DNA of 37,796 nucleotides from Saprolegnia diclina VS20 (taxonomy: Eukaryota), in contig NW_008246142.1 in the NCBI RefSeq assembly GCF_000281045.1, forward strand, positions 165,772 to 203,567, read 5' to 3'. The translations under genes were made by a program, and so were the position numbers. The notes under the pieces are model-generated. The model saw only the letters and a list, made by a program, of their open reading frames with translations, was not told the origin of the DNA and did no database searches. Positions 32,074-37,796 of this stretch are shown one piece after another (positions within the stretch are counted from its first letter, which is position 1; each line of letters opens with the position of its first letter).

Positions 32074-34927
32074 TTAGACGGTCGACTGATGGCCAACGCG
32101 AATAATGGCGTCGCCGCGCGGCGAGACGAGTTGCAGCTGCTTGTTGCGGTTGTAGCCTGCGCGACACGCATCGCGTCTTGCGTCTTCCAGCAGCGCATTG
32201 AACGTCTTGATGCCCGTGCAAATGCCGTACGTGTGGCGCATGACAGCGTCGTCCTTCGTCGCGAGCGCCTGCGCCCACACCTCGGCGCCGGGCTCGCTGA
32301 GGAGCCACATGTCGCACGCAAAGACGTTGTCGGGCAAGAGCGTCGCGTCAAAGCGCCACTGCTCGTGCACAAACCCTTGGGCGCGGAGGAACCAAGGCGC
32401 GGGCCCGGGGACGAGGAGCTTGTCCGCGCACGGGTTTTCGAGCTTGTGCTTGGTCGTGAAGCTGTTGACCTTGATGCGCGCGGTCGCAAAGAGCCACTCG
32501 GGGCCGCTCGACGCCGCGTCCAAGAGGAGGTTGTCCAGGCGCAAGACGTCAATCGTATGTTTCCGGAGCGCGAGGTTGAGCCCCGCGGCCGACGCGACAC
32601 CACCGGCGCCCGGCTGGCGCTTGACGTACGCGGCAGCGAGCGAGGTTGCATCGTTGATGATCGTCTTGAGCGTCTTCATCGTCACAACGTACGGAAACCC
32701 AATGTTGAGCTGCTCGGCGGGATCCGAGACCTTGCAGTCGGGACAGAGCGCGGCAGCGTCCGCGGCCGAGAGCTGCAAGTGCGCGTTCTGGTTCTGCGCC
32801 AGCACAATGTTGTCCTTGACGGTAAAGCCGCCGAGCTGCTTGGTTGCTGTCGCAGCGCCCACCGTGTTGAGGAAGACGGGCTTGGCCTGCTTGAAGCCGT
32901 TGAGGACCTCGAACAGCGTCTCGTCTTGCTCTTCCGGGTCCATCCTAGAATCGACCATGAGGACCTCGAGGTATGCAGATCGCAAGAGACGTACGCCAGC
33001 GTTGAGACAATTGGAATGTCCCCGTCCGGTTGGAACGCGCGCAAAAACACAAAGTCGGACGCGAGAAGCACCACGATCGCATCGGCGGCGAGCGGCACGT
33101 TGGACTTGGCGAGCCAGTCGTCGAACGCATTGATAGTCGTCATGGGCGTTGGGATAAAGTGCACAGTCATGGCGCGTGCCGTACGCGTGCGTACCTAATG
33201 CCACGTGGCACTCAGAACTTGGAGGCATGGAAAAGTATATGTACCTGCGCCACTTGCTCTGCGGTCGTGCAGCCCGAAACAAGGCGCGTGAGTTGACCGG
33301 GTTGCTGGACGCGCGCAAACGACTGCGAAAGCAAGTCGGCAGTCACATGGTCCGACGCCGCGCAGCCCGACGCAAAGACAAAGTGGAGCGCATCGTGGTG
33401 CGTCGGCTACATCGAATCATATCAATCTATCGAGTCGAAAACCGAGCAATAGGGAAAAGCGTACTGTCGCGGGCTCGTTGCCGCTGAGGTGCGCGGCCTT
33501 GGAAATGGCTGACGAGAGAGGATTCTCAGGAAGAAGCGAAAGCCGCGCGTTCTCATTGTAGCCTGCCTTGCAGCTGCGGCGCTTGTGGTCGAGCGCGGCG
33601 CGGTTGTACGCGCTATAGGCGGCGGCGACGGCGACCGTGTGGCGCGTCCGAAGGATCGTCGAGAGGCCTTCCCACCCAAAGGTGTTTTGTGCATAGTACC
33701 ACATGGAGAGCGGGAGCGGCTCGAGGAGCCACGCGTTGCAGTCGAAAAAGTCGAGTGGCACGAGCGTGTCGATCATGTTGAAGCCCTTCCCGCCGGCCCA
33801 GAGCGGCAAGCTGAGCGTCGCCGTGCGCAGCGAGAACGGGTAGATCGGGTACTCCTACGCTCGACGCCTACGAGTCAATACCATATAGAAAGAGACCAAA
33901 TGTACCGGCAACGACGGCGAAATGGTCGCGTTCGCAGGGTTGTATCGCGTCACGTCGACAAAGTTCCAGTTCTCCGCAAACGAGTTGTAGCGCGAGAGGC
34001 GGAGGCTGCCCGTGACGCCGTGGCGCAAGTCGACTTCGGCGCTCGCGAGGGCGTACGCCAAGTGCTTGTGCTTGGCATCGAGCTGCGGCGCGATCGCGAC
34101 GACGCGGTCAAACACGGGACCAATGTGCTTGGCGTGGAGCACGAGCGGCGCGTGCACTGCAAAGTCGCGCCAGTCCTCGACCTGCAGCGCCTTGGAAGAG
34201 ACGCCCACCGCCTTCTCGAGGAGCTCGACGGGCATGATCTTGGCCGGCTCGTCGGCGTCGTACCAAGCGGCATCCTACAAGTGCGATGTCGGCGACGGAA
34301 GATAGCAATTAGAAGACATACCTGGGCGACAGCGGTCGGGTTCTCAATCGTGTTGGCGCCGGCGAGCAAGGTCGGCAGGTCGAGCGACCGCGTAAAGATC
34401 GTGTCGACCTCAAAGATCGCGACAAATTCGTTGGGCGGCAACGTCACCGTGTCGAGCCTACGCGCTTGCCTCAGCGCACGGCATGCAGATATGCAAGCGG
34501 TCTACCATGCGAGAAGCGCGGTCGGGTTGAGCTCCTTGGCGGTCGAGCCCTTGACGGCAGTCGCGTGAAAGTACGTGACGTTGTACGGATTGGCCTTGCT
34601 CGAGATCCCATGGTACTCGGGCGACCCGCAGTTGTGCAGGATATGTGTGACCTGACCCTTGTAGCCGACGTCGCGGAGCGTAAAGGCAAACACTTTGGCG
34701 CGGACCACGTCGCGCTTGGCGCACGTCGACGTGAAGACGAGGTGCGGGATCTCGGCCGTCGCCTTGTGGTAGCCGCCGCTGGTATGGTGGCGCAGCTGCG
34801 ACGTCGACTGGTTCTGGATGTAGAAGGTCGCATTGAGGTAGCCACAGAGCGCGAGGAGCGCGATGCTGCCAAGGATGAAGTAGTGCTTCCCCCAAGCAGC
34901 GCCCTTGGACGGCGCTGGACGACCCAT
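32074..34927 (-). CDS. Type II membrane protein with two tandem degenerate HPAT/peptidyl-serine galactosyltransferase-like (GT95/GT96-like) domains
   Basis: N-terminal TM (YFILGSIALLALCGYL). Domain 1: HLVFTSTC..VGYKGQVTHILHNC..FFDCNAWLLEP..C.AGYN. Domain 2: HFVFASGC..VQQPGQLTRLVSGC..VFACDMWLLSEP..C.AGYN. Six short GT..AG introns join the frames. Confidence 0.7.
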
Positions 34928-34969
34928 TTTGAGAAATGGCGACCAAGCTGCCGAAATCTTGGTCCTTTG

Positions 34970-35040
34970 CACCAATCACCGCGTGACATGCATCCTTTTG
35001 TACCAATCCGACGCCGATCGCCTGCATTATTGGCCAATCG
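34970..35040 (-). promoter_or_regulatory. Three CCAAT boxes at about 31-bp spacing upstream of the glycosyltransferase-like gene
   Basis: ccaatc at about 34972, 35003 and 35034. Confidence 0.55.
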
Positions 35041-36142
35041 CACGCGACCCACCTCTGGAAGGAGGGCATACGTGGCATCTATGTCGCCGATGTTGGGCAA
35101 GTCCCGATCGGCGCAGTCGACAGAACCCAATTCAAGCGGCGAGAGGAAGCGCATGGCTCGTAGCTCGGAGCGATGTCTTCTGAACTCGACAGGGGCGTCC
35201 CGTAGTGTACGTTCTAGTCATGCTGGGTACGAATGTGACTTGTACTTCCGCTGGTGAACGTGACACTGCAGCAAGCTACGCCTACCGCAAGTCGACACTG
35301 CCCTAGAACAGAGGCCTAGCGATGCACAGTGCAACGCCGTCTACAGCTCGGCTATAGGCTCTGCGAGGAGACATGCCCGTGGCGGTGCTGCCTCTTCTCT
35401 GGCTATCAAAGATGCGTGCTTGGTGCGATGCTCAAGCGCCGTCGTCTTTACGCGATCTTGTGTTGGGTGCTTGCACTGCTGTAGCTTCTTGGGTACCCGA
35501 CGCTTGCATTACCGAGCCACATCCTCCGCGCTACCTGCACTGTACAACGGCATGACCTCGGAAGCAGCTACTTGAGGTCGTCGACCCCTCATTGCACCGC
35601 CGCTTCTTTCTTCCGCAGGCCCTCGTGGATGTCGCAGCGCCGGATAGTCGCGTCCGGTCCGTGGAAAATGAGTGACGTTAGTCGCTCTGTGAGTGACGCG
35701 CGCGAGTCACACTCGTCGCCTCTACACACGCACGTAGCGATCGTGTTCGCCGCGGCCACGTGGGGCCTCGGACGCACAGCGCGTCATGGCCGCCAAAAGA
35801 GTGCCGCGCCCGACTGCGTCGCGGCCCTTTCGCGCCGACCGCGCCGATGGCCATGGCGTGGCGCGCTGTCACGACTGTGAGTATCGCGGCGTTGGCGCGT
35901 CTGATTGGTCAAAATAGCGAGGTTTACCGAGAGGCGGTCCGGCGCTTTCGAACGATTGAGCGTCCTCGTCCGATTAAGTGCGCTATAACCCCGCACCTGA
36001 CGTGTGTCTATAGCGCACTTAGCCGATATTTTCGCACCTTCGCCGTGCGACTATGGATGTTTGTATGCATGCCCTATCAGACGGGCCGGATTCGATGGAA
36101 ACGCTTCCCTCGCTCAGAGCTTATTTATCGCGAGACTTTGCC

Positions 36143-37709
36143 ATGCACAGCGACGAGATCGACGCTTCCAAGCCGTATGCATGCGACGTGACGGTCGAGG
36201 ACGTGCGCATCACGACCAAGGCCGAGTACCAAGTGGTCGTGCGCGTGAGCTTCTTCTCAGAGCGGACGCGGTCCCGCTGCACGAGCACATGGAGTGTGTG
36301 GCGCACCTTCTCGATGTTCCGGTCGCTCGACCAGCAGCTCCGGAAGCGCAATGCAAACCACATGAAGGGCATCAAGTTTCCGTCACTGCACCGGCGCCGA
36401 ACGTTCTTCCGCACGCATTTGCAGCCGTCGTTCCTGGACGCGCGCCGCGTCGAGCTCGAGGCGTACATGAAGCTCGTGGTGCAGTCGCCCGACGTCGTTG
36501 CGTTCCACGTCACATCGATCGAGTCGCAGTCGCTCAAAACGTTTGTCGCCTACGTCAATGGCTTTGGCCAAAACATCACGGAACAGCCGCGCTCTGCCGA
36601 TGGTAGGGCCGGCGGCGGCATGTTCCAGCGCCCTAAACCCAACGTAGCCTCGATGAGCCTCTCGGCCAACTACCGCTGGTCGGGCACGGGCTTCCTCGGT
36701 GGGAACCAGCTCAAGCCCGACATGAACCGCGCGAACGACTCGTTCGTGCCCATCAACCCGCAGCAGTTCAACCAGAGCTTCATGCAGCGCCAGAGCATTG
36801 CCGGCGCGTCCGCGGGCTTTGTCCCGCCGCCCTCGGCGCGGTCGTCGGTCGGTGGTACCAGCGCCGCGCCATTGATTGCAGCGCTCGAGTCGGCCCGCGC
36901 CAACGACAGCTTGCACAAGGTGCCCGAAGACCCGAATGAAAAGTACGTCATTCGTCTTCAACATAACTCTGACTCATCTGTCGACTAGGTTGACGGCCGT
37001 AACTGTGCCCGTGCACGTCAACCCGATCGTCGAGAAGGAGCGCGGCAAGATGGAACTCGAGCTTCGCGCCGCGGGGCTGCAAGGCGTGGGCATGCCGCCG
37101 GACGGGTCGTGCTTCCTCCACTGCCTCGTCTACGAGCTCTTCCCGATGAAATGGGAGTGCTTTCTCGAGTACCCGGCCAACATGTCGATGGTCAACGTCG
37201 GGTCGGCGGACGGCGTCGCGCCGCGCCGCATGGCGGCTGCCGCCAAGATGCGCACAGAGCTGAGTCTCTTCGCCCTCGAGCACGTTGACGCGCTCAGTGC
37301 GTTCCTCATGACGCCGGTCAACGAGCTCAAGACGCGCTACCAAACGTTTGGCGACTGCATCGACGAACAGGCGACCGTTGCCGAGCTCTACGCCGCCGCC
37401 ACGATGTTGAACCTCGAGATCGTTCTGATCACGAACGACACGGCCTTCCAAATCGACCCGGTGCTGCCCGTGCCCGACGTGCCATCAGTCCGCGAGGCCG
37501 GCAGCAGCCGCCACACGGTCACGCTCGGCTACATGACGCCAACGCCCGAGAACGGCGGCCATTACATTGGCACGCGCTCGATCCAACTTACAAGCAACTC
37601 GTTTGCCGGCGGCTTCTTCTCCAACTCAGCGCGGAATTCGTCGGTCGCAAGCCGCCTCAGTGCGCAGCGGGCGTCATTGCAGCCGCACCCGCCGCTAACC
37701 GCAGCCTAA
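36143..37709 (+). CDS. PX domain - OTU-like cysteine protease fusion protein
   Basis: PX: AEYQVVV...WSVWRTFSMFRSLDQQL...FPSLHRRR...FLDARRVELEAYMKLV. Intron 36943-36988. OTU: MPPDGSCFLHCL (Cys 37110-37112), ATVAELYAAATMLNLEIVLI, TLGY...GGHY (His 37560-37562). Start could lie further upstream. Confidence 0.85.
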
Positions 37710-37796
37710 GCCGCGGTATCGACTCGACAGTTGTCCACCCATAAATCCTCTTATTATCACGCGCCATCAACGTCTTCCCCTATGCCCATGTACCAC

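Noticed and set aside
32023..33198. 391-aa plus-strand ORF (and similar long ORFs at 33585-34568, 11961-13016, 4863-5630)
   Set aside because: Antisense shadows of GC3-rich real genes; no domain motifs.
1..37796. Prokaryotic defence system, CRISPR array, tRNA or rRNA
   Set aside because: The window is intron-rich eukaryotic DNA; no repeat-spacer array, cloverleaf or rRNA signature was seen.

Overview
Gene-dense, GC-rich eukaryotic nuclear DNA, almost certainly an oomycete. Evidence: 45-58 nt GT-AG introns, oomycete Inr/FPR core promoters, CCAAT clusters and a ciliary B9 gene; Saprolegniales-like by inference. About 20 protein-coding genes can be reconstructed by hand. In order: a multi-exon CHAT (caspase-like) protease with an unusual N-terminal domain; a divergent FHA/C2-tailed kinesin head-to-head with ASPM; RNASEK/V-ATPase f-like; an HSF-type transcription factor; SmG; an inverted near-identical pair of bacterial-type YoaB/Rid2 genes (one with a mitochondrial-type leader); GABA transaminase; four CPPC thioredoxins (one across an assembly gap); an intronless bacterial-type TrmL tRNA methyltransferase; SDHC; a profilin-like protein; B9D2; CMC2; a small membrane protein; a tandem degenerate HPAT/PSGT-like glycosyltransferase; and a PX-OTU fusion. 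No tRNA, rRNA, CRISPR or intact transposon was seen. The best leads are the putative DNA-binding-domain/CHAT fusion, the PX-OTU deubiquitinase, the horizontal-transfer candidates (TrmL, Rid2), two recent inverted duplications and CHR/E2F-like motifs in the ASPM promoter. Exon boundaries are manual and family calls are by motif recognition, not database search.
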